Shown here piece after piece: positions 1-10,605 of a stretch of DNA of 21,407 nucleotides (its first letter is position 1; the number at the start of each line of letters is the position of its first letter). Origin of the DNA: Prasinococcaceae sp. CCMP 1430 (Eukaryota > Plantae > Prasinodermophyta); the NCBI GenBank assembly GCA_013416795.1, contig RQSC01001337.1:59879-81285 (forward strand). Reading direction: 5' to 3'. A model generated the notes under the pieces. It saw only the letters and a list, made by a program, of their open reading frames with translations, ran no database searches and had not been told where the DNA came from. A program made the translations under genes and the position numbers.

Positions 1-840
1 GCGCGCGGCCACAGCTCCAGGACCCACCGCGCTGCGGCCGCGGCTGGCGCGGATGCGTGGCGAGTGCGAGCTCCTCTGCGCGAGCAGCTGCAGTCGCCGC
101 CGGCCGGCGCGCCGGCACCGCTGCGCGCCTGCTTTGTGATGAGCGGTAGCGACACGGTGGCGGAGCTGCTGGCGGCGGCGGGCTTCGATGCGCTCGTGCT
201 CGACATGGAGCACGGCGAGGCACACGCAGGTAACCTCGGGTCGCTTCTGCGCGCGACAAAAGCGGGCGGCGCCAGCGCGCTGGTGCGCGTCCCATCTCCG
301 GATGACACGGCAGCCATCGGCAGGGCGCTCGATCTGGGTGCGGATGGGCTCGTGGTGCCAATGGTGGAGACAGTGACACAAGCCGAGCGAGTGTCGCGAG
401 CCGCAGCGTACCCGCCTGCTGGCACGCGTGGCACGGCGCACCCGCTCATACGCGCGTCGTCCTACGGTCTCGACGCAGAGTACCTGGCAGAGGCGAGGAG
501 GCGCGTTGTGCTCTTTGTCCAGGTCGAAACAGCCAACGCCGACGCGGCCGCTATCGCCGCAAGCGATGGCGTGGATGGCGTGTTCGTCGGTCCGCTTGAC
601 CTCGCCGCGAGCGTCGGCCGAGCGGCCGAGCCTGCACACGCCGAGGCGATGCAGGCGAGGCTGCATGTCGAGGAGGCGGTCCTGGCCTCCGGCAAGGCCC
701 TGGCCGGCTTCGCCGCGCCGGGCGACAGTGCGAAGGCGATGCATTCGAGAGGCTACAGCCTCGTGGCAGATGCCGCCGACCTCGGCCTTTTGCGCGACGC
801 GGCTGTCCAGCGTCTGAGTGGCAGCGGGCTGGCGGAGTAG
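1..840 (+). CDS. HpcH/HpaI aldolase family protein (2-keto-3-deoxy-sugar-acid/HKHD aldolase-like), 5'-partial
   Basis: Motifs AELLAAAGFDALVLDMEHG, RALDLGADGLVVPMVET, YPPAGTRG, VQVET and GVDGVFVGPLDLAAS are typical of this family. The frame is open from base 1, so the true start lies upstream of the window (64 is a GTG). Stop TAG at 838-840; TGTAA at 883-887. Confidence 0.92.
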   Translation, partial: ARGHSSRTHRAAAAAGADAWRVRAPLREQLQSPPAGAPAPLRACFVMSGSDTVAELLAAAGFDALVLDMEHGEAHAGNLGSLLRATKAGGASALVRVPSPDDTAAIGRALDLGADGLVVPMVETVTQAERVSRAAAYPPAGTRGTAHPLIRASSYGLDAEYLAEARRRVVLFVQVETANADAAAIAASDGVDGVFVGPLDLAASVGRAAEPAHAEAMQARLHVEEAVLASGKALAGFAAPGDSAKAMHSRGYSLVADAADLGLLRDAAVQRLSGSGLAE

Positions 841-1083
841 CCGGCCGAGGCTGTGGCCGCGGCCAGCACTCAGACCCTGTATTGTAATCCCCTAAACTAT
901 CCGAGGAAATGCATTGGTCATCCATCGGTCGAATTCGCAACCGTAACCCGAAACCCTGCTGTGCGCTGCCAGCTCAGCGCCGGGCGCGAGGGCGGCAGGG
1001 CCGCCACAGGCGCGCACACCAGCGTGCGCATTTGCACTCCACAGCACGCGCGGGCGCGGGCGCCTTGCGTGGGCGCGCAAAGC

Positions 1084-1126
<43 letters not shown>

Positions 1127-1127
1127 G
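1084..1127. repeat. (AG)n/(GACA)n microsatellite upstream of MRT4
   Basis: Seen directly: agagagagagagacagacagacagacagacagacagacagacag. Confidence 0.95.
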
Positions 1128-1261
1128 TGCGCCCTGCCAGGCGCTGTGTCACACCACGCGCGTCCGCGCCCCGCCGCGCGGCCGCTCGCTCCCTCCCTCC
1201 CTCGCTCGCTCGCTCGGTCGCGCGCGCGCTCGCCCCCGCCCCGCCACAGGGCGCGGGCGCC

Positions 1262-2089
1262 ATGCCCAAGTCGCGCCGCGACAAAGTCGTGGCGCTCACC
1301 AAGGTGAAGAAGAAGGGCCGCGACGCCAAGGAGAAGGCCATCGGCGCCATCCGCGAGGAGGTCGCCAACGCCGATGCGGTGTACGTGCTGCGCTACAGTC
1401 ACATGAAGAACGCGAAGCTCAAGGAGGTCCGCGACGCGCTCGCCGGGCAGGCGCGGCTCTTCTTCGCGGCCAACGGCGTCATGGCCGCCGCGCTCGGCCG
1501 CGACGAGGAGAGCGAGGCGCGACCAGGGCTCGCCGCGGTCGCCGAGCGGCTGCGCGGCTGGTGCGGCCTGGCCATTGGCTCTGCGACCAAGGAGCAGCTG
1601 GAGGAGGTCTTCGAAATGAACGAGGAGCCCGTCTTTGCCAAGGTCGGGTCCACGGCGGGTCGCACGGTGGTCGTCGAGGCGGGCCCGCTGGAGGGATACG
1701 CGCACGACATGGAGCCGCAGCTGCGTAAGGAGGGCCTGCCGTGCCGGCTGGTGCGCGGCGTGGTGGAGGTCACAGCACGCCACGTGGTCTGCACAGAGGG
1801 CGAGCCCATCGGCGCCAAGGAGGGGCGGCTGCTGCGGCTGCTGGGTGAGGAGCTGGGCACATTCAAGATGTGGGTGGAGGCGGAGTGGCGGGAGGGCAAG
1901 GAGCTCGTGGAGCATGCCGAGGTGCCGGATGAGGTCGCGGCGTTGCCCGCCAAGGCGGCGCTTGGCCTGAGCGTGGCTGCGGACGACGGTCTCGATGACG
2001 GTCTGCCGGCGCACATGGGGCTCCCCGCAGGGTACGGCGGCGACTTGCCGCCCGACGACGGCATGGAGGAGCTGTCGGACGACGAGTGA
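1262..2089 (+). CDS. MRT4: mRNA turnover protein 4 / 60S ribosome assembly factor (uL10/P0 paralog)
   Basis: Starts MPKSRRDKVVALTKVKKKG (characteristic Mrt4 N-terminus, ATG at 1262), then MKNAKLKEVR, RLFFAANGVMAAALGR, HDMEPQLRKEGLP, VCTEGEPI..EGRLLRLLG and an acidic tail. TGTAA at 2113-2117. Confidence 0.95.
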   Translation: MPKSRRDKVVALTKVKKKGRDAKEKAIGAIREEVANADAVYVLRYSHMKNAKLKEVRDALAGQARLFFAANGVMAAALGRDEESEARPGLAAVAERLRGWCGLAIGSATKEQLEEVFEMNEEPVFAKVGSTAGRTVVVEAGPLEGYAHDMEPQLRKEGLPCRLVRGVVEVTARHVVCTEGEPIGAKEGRLLRLLGEELGTFKMWVEAEWREGKELVEHAEVPDEVAALPAKAALGLSVAADDGLDDGLPAHMGLPAGYGGDLPPDDGMEELSDDE

Positions 2090-2173
2090 GCGCCAGCGCG
2101 GGCGTGCCTGCATGTAAGAATTCGCTATGGTACAATTGCGCGCAGCGACTGACGGCGCGCGCGCATCTCACGA

Positions 2174-4855
2174 CTAGTACACATCAAGTATCTCCCCTTC
2201 GACGTCATCATCGTCGGTCTCGTAGGCGAGCTCAGCCTGCAGGTCATTGGCCTCCTCGTGCCGCCCCCGCGCGCGGAGGTCGGCGACCATGTCGTGCGCT
2301 TCGGCAGCCGCCTCACCGAAGCGATGGCCGTGGCCGGCGCGTGACGCTGCGCGCTCAAAGACATCGCGCCGGCTCTCACGGTGGCGCTTCCTGTCCTCCC
2401 TCTCCGCGTCCTTTGCCCGCATCGCAGCGAGGTCCCTGGCACGCCCGCCCATGCCCAACGCAGGCCCGTGCCACCGCACGCTGAGGTACTCGCAGTTGGC
2501 GCAGAGGCGCGGCACCATCTTTCGCAGCGGGTCGAGCGCCTCCAGGTCACCGTGCGCGTACGACTGCATGGCGTCCTGCATCGAGAGGGGAGGCATGCAC
2601 CAAAGCTGCTCGCCGCGGCACAGCACGCAAAACGTCTCGTGGTCGTAGGCAGCCCGTGGGTGACCATCGGAAAAGTGCGATCGCAGTCCCTTGCGCGGGC
2701 GCACGCCGAGTTCCACGCTCGTACCCGGTGGCCCTCCCTCCGGCTCAGCGAGCTCGTGGAGCTCTTCAAGGAAGGCGGCCGCCTCTGCGACGCTGCTGAA
2801 ACCCATGAGCGGATCCGGTAGCTCCTCGCGCACGCGCAGCTCCGAGGGATCGCCAACGGGCACGTATCCCACCAGTAGCTCGACCACATTCACACCCGAG
2901 AGGATGCCGTTCGGATGTACCGAGGGCCTGGCGCCGCTCATCGCCGCATTTCGCAGCTTGAGCAGGCTCACGCCGCACAGCAAGTCCTCTTGCGGCACGA
3001 GATGCGGCAGCTTGAGTCCCCGCCACTCGGCCACCCGCCGCGCAGCGATCACGCAGTTGCGAGCGTCGGCCGCTGCGGGTCCGCCGCGCTCTCTCGGAAG
3101 GAACGCCTCGAATTCGAAGTCCCCGGCGGCAAACTCGCGCGCGAACGGACACACAACGTTGCCGTAGGCGTCAACAGCGCAGATTCGCTCGAGGCCCTCC
3201 AAGATCGCCTCGAAGCGTTCGCGCCCAGGCGCGCTCAGGCCGCGGTCGCCGGGCGGCACGCGGCCTCGCAGCAGCCCCGTGACGCCGGCGGCCACGGGCG
3301 GCTGACGGGCGGCCTCCCACGCGCGTTCGCGCGCGTTCGCGTCGAAGCCACCGTGTGGTCCCACGGCCCCCTCGAAGCACGCGGGCAGCGCCACGTCGTA
3401 CAGGTATTCCTCGAACCACTTGAACTGCTGCGGGTCGTTGAAAGGAAAGTCCGACATGCCCTTCCAGCTCACCTTCGGGAGCTCGTCCTCCATGATCTCG
3501 ATCTCCTTCGCACTCATGCGAGCGAGCTCCTCTGTGGAGGGTCGCGCGTTCTCGCTCGCGCGCTCGCACAGCTCCGCGCACGCGCTCGTGAGCGCACGCA
3601 AGGTGGCGTCGGCTAGCACGTCGTCGTCCACCGCCACGAAGAAGGCGCGCGCGCCCACCGCATCGCAGCACTCTGCTCTGACCGGCCCGGCGAAGAACGA
3701 CGGCAGCCCGCCGGGCATGAAGGCCTTCGCGCACTCGGGCGAGACGCCATCACGCGCCGCCGCGCGTCGCGCCTCGTCGCGAGCGCACGCCTCGGCGAGC
3801 CACGCCTGCGCCTGCTTCCTGTCCTCGGCATCCCTCTGCTCCGCCATTCTCTCAGCGAGGGCGTCGATCTCGTCAGCCTCGGCGTCATACTGCCCAGGAA
3901 GCTCGGGGGCGGGGCGTTCGCCGCGCTCCGGCGCCACGTCGTGCGCGAGCGCCACCCACCGCTGGGCGCTGAGCTTCCCCCAACCGCAGCGCGTCCCGAA
4001 CACGGCGACCGTCGCGCCCGGAGCGACCTGCTCCGGGCACCCATGCACCCTCGCATGGGGCGCGCCATCGCGCGGCTCCTGGAGCACGCTCGCGGGCGCG
4101 CTCCCCGAGTTCTTGTACACAAACTTCACGCGCTGCAGCGAGGCCGCGACCGCGTCGACGCCGCCGATGCGCCTGTGCTGCGCTCGCTCGCGCTCCCTCG
4201 CCGCGGCGCGGACCGTCGGCATGGCGTACGAGTTCACGCTCAGTTTGCGGACGTCGGCGCCAACCTGCTCGTCGCGTGACACCATCGCGCGCTTGACGAA
4301 GCGCTCGTCGCCGACTTGGACCTCGATGGCCGCGGCGAAGTCCTCCGCGCCGGCGGGGAGCGACGCCACGCGCACCCTGTACGCGACGTCCTTCACGCCG
4401 AGCACCTCTACGCCGAAGCCCTTGAGTGGCCCCTCCGTGACGCATCCCGTCCAAAGGGCCTCCGCTTGCGGCCCAAGCTCGGTGCACGTGTGCAGCACGC
4501 GCTCGTAAGATGCCGCGAGCGCGGCGAACGCTCCCTCCGATCCGCCCGCGCGGTCCGGGTGCGCGTCGAGCGCTCGCGCCTTGTACGCTCCGCGAATGGC
4601 GGCCGCGTCGGCCGAGCGCGTCACGCCGAGCGCGGCGTAGTCGGCCGCCGTCGCCCATCCCTCCGCCGCGGGCAGGTCCACCCCTCCCGCCTTGTCTGCG
4701 CCGTCGGCCCCGCCCGTCCGCCCCATCCGCGCCGCGCGCCGTCCCCCGCGGGCGCGCGCGAGGCCTCGCCCCGCCCCTCGCCGGAGCGTAGCAAGCCTCC
4801 TCCCCGATGACGCCGGTGACGCGCGCGCCGCCGCGCGCCGCGCGCCGCCCTCCAT
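2174..4855 (-). CDS. Large DnaJ (J-domain) protein with a putative C-terminal Cys4 zinc-binding motif
   Basis: Long uninterrupted ORF. J-domain DYAALGV..ADAAAIRGAYKARALDAHPDR.GGSEGAFAALAASYERV with the HPD motif; CVLC...CANC near the C-terminus. The start is either ATG 4855 (MEGG) or 4726 (MGRT); the sequence above 4855 looks like UTR (poly-T on the minus strand). Confidence 0.8.
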   Translation of the reverse strand: MEGGARRAAARASPASSGRRLATLRRGAGRGLARARGGRRAARMGRTGGADGADKAGGVDLPAAEGWATAADYAALGVTRSADAAAIRGAYKARALDAHPDRAGGSEGAFAALAASYERVLHTCTELGPQAEALWTGCVTEGPLKGFGVEVLGVKDVAYRVRVASLPAGAEDFAAAIEVQVGDERFVKRAMVSRDEQVGADVRKLSVNSYAMPTVRAAARERERAQHRRIGGVDAVAASLQRVKFVYKNSGSAPASVLQEPRDGAPHARVHGCPEQVAPGATVAVFGTRCGWGKLSAQRWVALAHDVAPERGERPAPELPGQYDAEADEIDALAERMAEQRDAEDRKQAQAWLAEACARDEARRAAARDGVSPECAKAFMPGGLPSFFAGPVRAECCDAVGARAFFVAVDDDVLADATLRALTSACAELCERASENARPSTEELARMSAKEIEIMEDELPKVSWKGMSDFPFNDPQQFKWFEEYLYDVALPACFEGAVGPHGGFDANARERAWEAARQPPVAAGVTGLLRGRVPPGDRGLSAPGRERFEAILEGLERICAVDAYGNVVCPFAREFAAGDFEFEAFLPRERGGPAAADARNCVIAARRVAEWRGLKLPHLVPQEDLLCGVSLLKLRNAAMSGARPSVHPNGILSGVNVVELLVGYVPVGDPSELRVREELPDPLMGFSSVAEAAAFLEELHELAEPEGGPPGTSVELGVRPRKGLRSHFSDGHPRAAYDHETFCVLCRGEQLWCMPPLSMQDAMQSYAHGDLEALDPLRKMVPRLCANCEYLSVRWHGPALGMGGRARDLAAMRAKDAEREDRKRHRESRRDVFERAASRAGHGHRFGEAAAEAHDMVADLRARGRHEEANDLQAELAYETDDDDVEGEILDVY

Positions 4856-5577
4856 CCGCGCCTGGGTCCAAAAGTAAACAAAACAAAAAAAGTAAAAAAA
4901 AAAAACGATGGTGGGTGGGTGGGCAGCGCCGACATCCGACCCACGCGCGTCCCTCGCCTGCCAGCTGGCCGGCCAGCCAGTTCCAGCCTGCTCCAGCCAG
5001 TTCCGCGCGGCGCCGGCCCCGTCCCGTCCCCGGATCGTTTCCGGGGCCCGCTTCGGCGCGGTTCCCGCCGCGCCCCCCGACAAACGCGCGCGGAACTCCG
5101 GATCAAACATCCAAATCCAACCAATGTCGAATCGATCAATCAACCAGCCAGTGAGTCAGTCAGATTCAGTCAGTCAGCAGTCAGCCGATCGACCGATGGA
5201 TCGATCCGCTGAGTGGTTGGATTCGGGTCTGCGTCCGGGTTTGAGCGGGGCTGCCCCGATCGCTTCGCGCGCGCGCGCGGGGCGCCTTCCCCCATCCGCG
5301 CCTGGGTCCGCGCCCTCCCCACCCCTGCCGCCCTCGGCGCGCGCTCGCCGCGCGCGCCGAGGGTCCCGTGGTGATCCGAAGGGGGTGGGGATTGGGGTTG
5401 GAAGCTCGCAGGCGAACATTCCCCATCAAAATGCATCCGTGCAGGACGTACGTACGTGCGGTGGAGTGCGTGCCTTTTGGGTTTAAGGGTTTACGAACCA
5501 TCGATGGATGGTACGGGCGCGCGACGACGGCGCCCGCGGAAACGCCGACGGCGCGACGCATTTTGGGTTTTGTATTG

Positions 5578-5585
5578 TAGGGTTT
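5578..5585. promoter_or_regulatory. Telo-box (AAACCCTA, read here as TAGGGTTT) in the divergent promoter between the J-domain and DHU1-like genes
   Basis: Exact telo-box match in an AT-richer intergenic stretch. Degenerate copies lie at 951-957, 5481-5493, 11150-11159, 13017-13023 and 17414-17448. Confidence 0.45.
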
Positions 5586-5798
5586 ACATGTTGGCGGATC
5601 GAGAGGTGATTTGATGGTGGGGTGGTGGGGTGTGCGAGGGCGCGGTAACGGGCTTTGCACCGGGCTGGGTGGCGGGGTCTGTGGCGGAGACGGTAGCGGA
5701 GACGGCGGCGGGATGGGCGGNCGCTCTGCCCTGCGCGCTCCCTCGCGTGCGCGCGCGTGTCGCGCGCCCGCGGCGCCAGCTGCCAGCAGAAGCGGCTC

Positions 5799-5800
<2 letters not shown>

Positions 5801-5831
<31 letters not shown>
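5801..5831. repeat. Poly-G tract, probably inside the first intron of the DHU1-like gene
   Basis: 31 consecutive G, upstream of a GCTAAC branch-like site (about 5866-5871) and the acceptor CGCAG at 5934. Confidence 0.9.
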
Positions 5832-5833
<2 letters not shown>

Positions 5834-5934
5834 GAAGCTGCAAGCCAATGCGCGGGCGCGTCGCGCGCTAACGATCGACCGTCGCCGCGCGCCGCGCCGC
5901 GGCCCACGTCGCGCGTGTGCCCTCCTCGCCGCAG

Positions 5935-8900
5935 GTACGCGAGGGCGTGCCTGCTCCTCGGCGTCTCGCCGAACGGGCGAGCGGGCGACGCCGTGGCCGA
6001 GGCAGACCGCACAGGCGTGTTCGAGCTGCGGCGGTGCGAAGTCACCGACGCGACCGCCTCGGCGCTCGCCGAAGCGCTCTCCGGGGGAAGGGCCGAGGCG
6101 GACGCGCCCTCGCCCGCGCAGCAGCGAGCGCAAGACGGGGCGGGGGCGGGCGCTGTGCGCAAGGTGGAGCTGTGCGACGTCCTTATGAGCGCGCGCGGCG
6201 CGCACATGCTGATGGCAGCCATTTGCGCCGTGCGGCCTGCCGAGGTCGCACTCGGCGGCGACTTGGTCACGCTGCCCGCGTCCACGCCGGGCGAGGACCT
6301 GCACCGCGGCAACGACAGGCGCGTGGTGCAGTCGCGCGAGGGCGCGCGCCTGCTCGCCGAGATGCTGCAGTCGCGAGCGCAAGGCGTGAGGCGCGTCTCG
6401 CTCACGCAGTGCCGTCTTCGTCGCCTCGACTACGAGCTCGAGCTGCCACACCTAGAGGCTCTCGTGCTCGATCGCAACCCCGGCCTCGCGTACATCTCCG
6501 AGTGGAGCCTCGCGGCTGGCTGCCCCAACCTCACATCGCTGTCGATGGTGGGCACGGGCGTTCGCAACCTCTGGACAGCGGTCGCGGCGCTGCGACGCTT
6601 GCCGCGGCTCACGAGCGTGTCCTTCCAGAGCAGCTCTTCGGCCTGTGCTTGGCTGCGGTGGGACGCGCGTGAGGAAGTGAGCGCGGGCGCGGGCGCTGGC
6701 GCGCACGAAGGTGGCAGCGGACCGGTCCATGACGCACACGCGCAGCGGATCGCACAGGGGCTTGCGGTGATGGTGAACGACCGAGGCGAAGGAGGAAACG
6801 ATGCCCGCGACGAAGACATGGAGGGCCAGGAGGAACACGGCGAGGCGGAGGACAATCTGAGTCCCCGTCCGTCTATTCCAGCGTCTGGCGAGCTGCACTC
6901 GCCCCACGCTGCGGCCCGCGCGACTCTGGTGGATGGCGGTGCCCGACCGGACTCCGAAGCTGCGCTCTCCGACATGATGTCCGAGGAGGGCACCATGTCG
7001 GACGACGAGCTGGCGGACGTCTACACGGACGCTGATGACGACATCGCCGACACGGATGTCGCGTCGGCTTACTTCCTCAATCCTGAAGACTTGGAGGATG
7101 ACCTCGAAGAAGAAGACGGCGACGACCTCGACGATGCCATCGACGACATGTATGCTGAGCCACTCGAGCACATGGCGCGCGAGCACGCGCACAACCGCCT
7201 CGCGCGCGAGCTCTTCGCGGGCGAGCACGCTCACGAGGCCGGAGGCGCGCGCTCTGCAGCCAACGCAGCCTCCGTCCGCATGGACGTCACAAGCACGGGC
7301 TTCGTGGTCGGGGTGGCTGGGCACGGTGACGAGGATGTCGCAGGCGCGGGGGGCGGGGCGGCGCTGGCCGGTGTGTCTGCCGCTCATGGGCTGTCGCAGG
7401 CACAGGGGCGCGCCACCGTCGCGGCTGCTGGGGTGCCAACGCCGCAGCGAGGATGGGAGGGCCTCGAGCACGGCGTGCTCCAGCGTAACTTGGGTGGCGA
7501 CGGCGACGACGACCGCAGAGGCGCGTCCCCCACCCCCGCGTGGGCCGGGCAAGCGTCCCAGGCCACGCGGCGATCTGCGAGCTCGCCCATCTGCTGCCAG
7601 CGGTACTACCGAGAGTTCATGCTCGTGAATCTCCCGCACTTGCAGGCGCTCGACGGCATTCCTATCAGCGCCGAGGAGCGCGCTCGCGCGCGTGCCGTCT
7701 ACGCCCGCCACTTCGAGGAGTCGATGGATGCCACCACCTGTCCGCGCGGACTGGTCGGCGCGCTGCGAGCTCGCGAGCTGGGAAGGTCACCGGCCAAGCG
7801 GAGTCGGCTGTTGCCTCCTCATGGCGGCGCTGGCCAGGGCGTACCGGCGCGCTCCGACACCGCAGCAAGTTCTGGCTCCGCGCTCTCGTTTTCTCCGCAT
7901 GGCTTCCGAGGCACCGCCACCGGCATGCGGCGCGGGCTGGCCGCATGGCCCGCAGTGTCGCCACTCAAGCACGAGTGCCACCAGCGCCCTCGGCAGTTCG
8001 AGTACAACCCGCACCGCTCCGAGTGGATGGTGTACGGTACACTCAACGGAGAGGTGTGCGTGGTCAACCATGAGACCGGCAACGTGGTTGGGCAGGCGCA
8101 GTCGGTGGGTGCCCCCCACTCAATTCTCGGGCTCTGCTGGTGCAACACCGACAGCAGCAAGCTCATTGCGGGCACAGATAGCGGCGCCATACAGCTGTTC
8201 GACGTCGACAAGATGCGGCCGCCCGACTGCCCGAGCGGAACGTCGAGAGGCCGCCAGCCGCGCGGATGGGCGGGTGGCGCCAGGAGGCCGTCCATCTACA
8301 CCTACGATGCCTTCGAGCAGCTCACGTCCGTTCACATCAACTGCACCGACGACTACTTCCTGGCGAGCGGGTACTCCAACCATGTGGGCATGTACGACCT
8401 GCGGACGGGCAAGACGCTGCAGACCTTCAAAGACTTGCACCGCGAGCACATCAACGTGCTCAAGTTTGCGAACCACTCGCCGACAGTCTTCGCGACGAGC
8501 TCGTTCGACCGCGACATCAAGATGTGGGACCTGCGCCAGCCCATGCACAAGCCGCTGTACACCGCGAGCTCTGACCGTGGCAACGTGATGGTGTGCTTCA
8601 GCCCTGACGATCACTTCCTGTTGTCCTCCGCCGTCGACAACGAGGTGCGGCAGCACCTCGCGTCGGACGGAAGGCTGCACACGAAATTCAACCTCGACGC
8701 GACCGGCAGCATGCACAACTACACCCGCAGTTACTATATGAACGGAAGCGACTACGTCATCTCCGGGAGCTGCGAGGAGAATACCGTGCACATCTGCTGC
8801 GCTCGCACGGGCCGGCGATTGCGCGACGTGACGCTCGAGGGCCGCGGCATGCACTCGTCGCTCTACGTCCAGAGCCTCAGAGCCCACCCCACGGCGGACT

Positions 8901-9049
8901 TCGAGTTCAGCGTCCTCATGGCGTACAACTCCGTCACGAGCAAGTCGGAGATCGCCAAGGTCAGCCTCTTGGAGAGCGCCGACGTCGCAGCGCCTGGCAG
9001 GCCGCGCGTGGCGCCGCAGACGATGCGCGTGGCAGGTCTCGGCGGGTGA
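5935..9049 (+). CDS. DHU1: LRR + acidic linker + LRRcap + WD40 protein, DWD HYPERSENSITIVE TO UV-B 1-like (main exon; first exon unresolved)
   Basis: N-terminal RYARAC..GVSPN; LRRs (LEALVLDRN, CPNLTSLSMVGTGVRNLW, LPRLTSVSFQ); SPICCQRYYREFMLVNLPHLQALD (LRRcap); RPRQFEYNP..MVYGTLNGEVCVVNHE; HINVLKFANHSP; DWD-type IKMWDLR; NYTRSYYMNG. This matches the plant DHU1 architecture as I recall it. A splice acceptor CGCAG at 5934 with an upstream GCTAAC suggests 5630-5934 of the ORF track is UTR/intron. TGTAA at 9104-9108. Confidence 0.85.
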
Positions 9050-9226
9050 ATGCGAGCAGCGCGCCCACGAATTTTTTTATCCATCCAAGTGTGCGGGTGC
9101 ACGTGTAACAAAAGAAGAACGGGCGCCCCAGGCGGCGACCTTCCTATTGTACAAGCATTGAAGGCGAAGATGGGCCTGCGGGTGCCCGAATGCGTGCGGC
9201 CGCTGTGCGATGCAACATCTTTCACG

Positions 9227-10605
9227 TTACTTACCACTGGCGCCTCCGCCTCCACCGCCGCCGCCGCCGCCTCCACGTCCGCCGCCGCCGCCGCCTCCAC
9301 GTCCACCGCCGCCGCCGCGGCCCTTCTTGTGGTGGTGTTTTCCACCGCCCCCGCGGCCGCGGCCGCCGTGATGTCCGCCGCCACGCCCGCCCCGGCCTCC
9401 ACCGCCACGGCCCCCGCGACCGCCCCCTCCAGCGTCGACTCTGGGCTTGAACTTGGGCATGTCGGCAGCCTTTCTCATTTCGTTCGGGCGGCCGCCGCGG
9501 TCAGGCACCGATCCGATGAGCACGCTCTTGACCGTCGCCGCAAACTTGTGGCCACCCGCGCTCGTCTTTGAGCCTGCCAAGTCGAGGTCGGCCGCGCGCG
9601 CCTCAAAGACGTCCTCGAGCGCCACGGTGGGCTCCACCGAGAGCGCCTCCTGACCCGCGCGCACCTGCGACGCCAGATCGGCAGCGGCGCTCCCCTCCTT
9701 CAGGCGGTTGCTCCACAGGAAGGACTGCAGCGTCACGTCGGCGCGCTGCACGCGCGCGCATGCGCGCGTGCGCAGTGAGCAGAGGAAAGCGCGCGCGGGC
9801 GGCGCCAAACACACGCTGTGTCAGCGCCGTGCGCTGGCAGAAGCGCCAGCTGACTCGGAGGCCCACAGGCAGGCGCGCGCACCTTGATGACCATCTCGCG
9901 CCGCACCCGGTACTCGCTAGTGAGTGCGGCGTGCACCTCGCCGAGGAGCGCCGTCTGCGCGTCCGAGAGCGCCGTCGGATCCACGAGCCGCCGCATCGCG
10001 CCGCTCTCCTCGGCGCGAGCTGCGGCGCCCGCCGTCGTGTCGGCTGCCGCGCGCAGCGCGGCGGCCGCGCTGGTGTTCAGGGTCTGGTCGACACCCGCCG
10101 CGGCCGCCACGCGGCGCACGCACTCGGCGGCCATCGCCGACTCGCTGGTGTCCCCCGACGAGCCCGTGCGCACGGACGCCGCCTGCGCGAGCATTCTGCG
10201 TGCCTGCATGGCCGCGACGAGCTCCTCGATGGCGGTGATGGGCACGGGCTCGTTCGCCGCTATCGATTCCGGCACTCCCGCCTTGACAGCGGCCGCGATG
10301 AGCTCCGCGCGCATCTCCGCCGGCGTCATGACTTCGACCATCTCCTTGAAAGACACGCCCGCCGACACCGTCTCCTCGGAAGACACCGCCGACACCATCT
10401 CCTTGGAAGACGCGCCCGCCGACACCAGCAGGGCGACTGCCATCCTGCGGAACGCGCGGCTCCCAGGGCCGGCGAGGTCGGCAAGCTCAGGCCCGGTGCA
10501 CGGTATGTCGCAGTCGGACAGCCGCTCGGCGAGCTCGGCGAGGCGGTCGTCCGCAGACACCGCGGGCGACATCGCAGGCGGTGCCATCGCTGACACCGAT
10601 GCCAT
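9227..10605 (-). CDS. FAM98: FAM98-family protein with an RGG/Gly-rich tail; exons 10605-9883 and 9745-9227, 137-nt intron 9882-9746
   Basis: Splicing AAG|GTGCGC...TGCAG|CGC joins LTSEYRVRREMVIK to RADVTLQSFLWSNRLK. This is followed by KSVLIGSVPDRGGRPNE..MPKF and GGRGG repeats, the FAM98 signature blocks. The start ATG could be 10605 or a nearby downstream ATG. Confidence 0.88.

Noticed and set aside
9176-9234. Possible extra intron at the FAM98 3' end (G|GTAAGT just before the stop codon)
   Set aside because: An in-frame TAA ends the protein naturally, no branch site is evident, and the other donors here read GTGCG.
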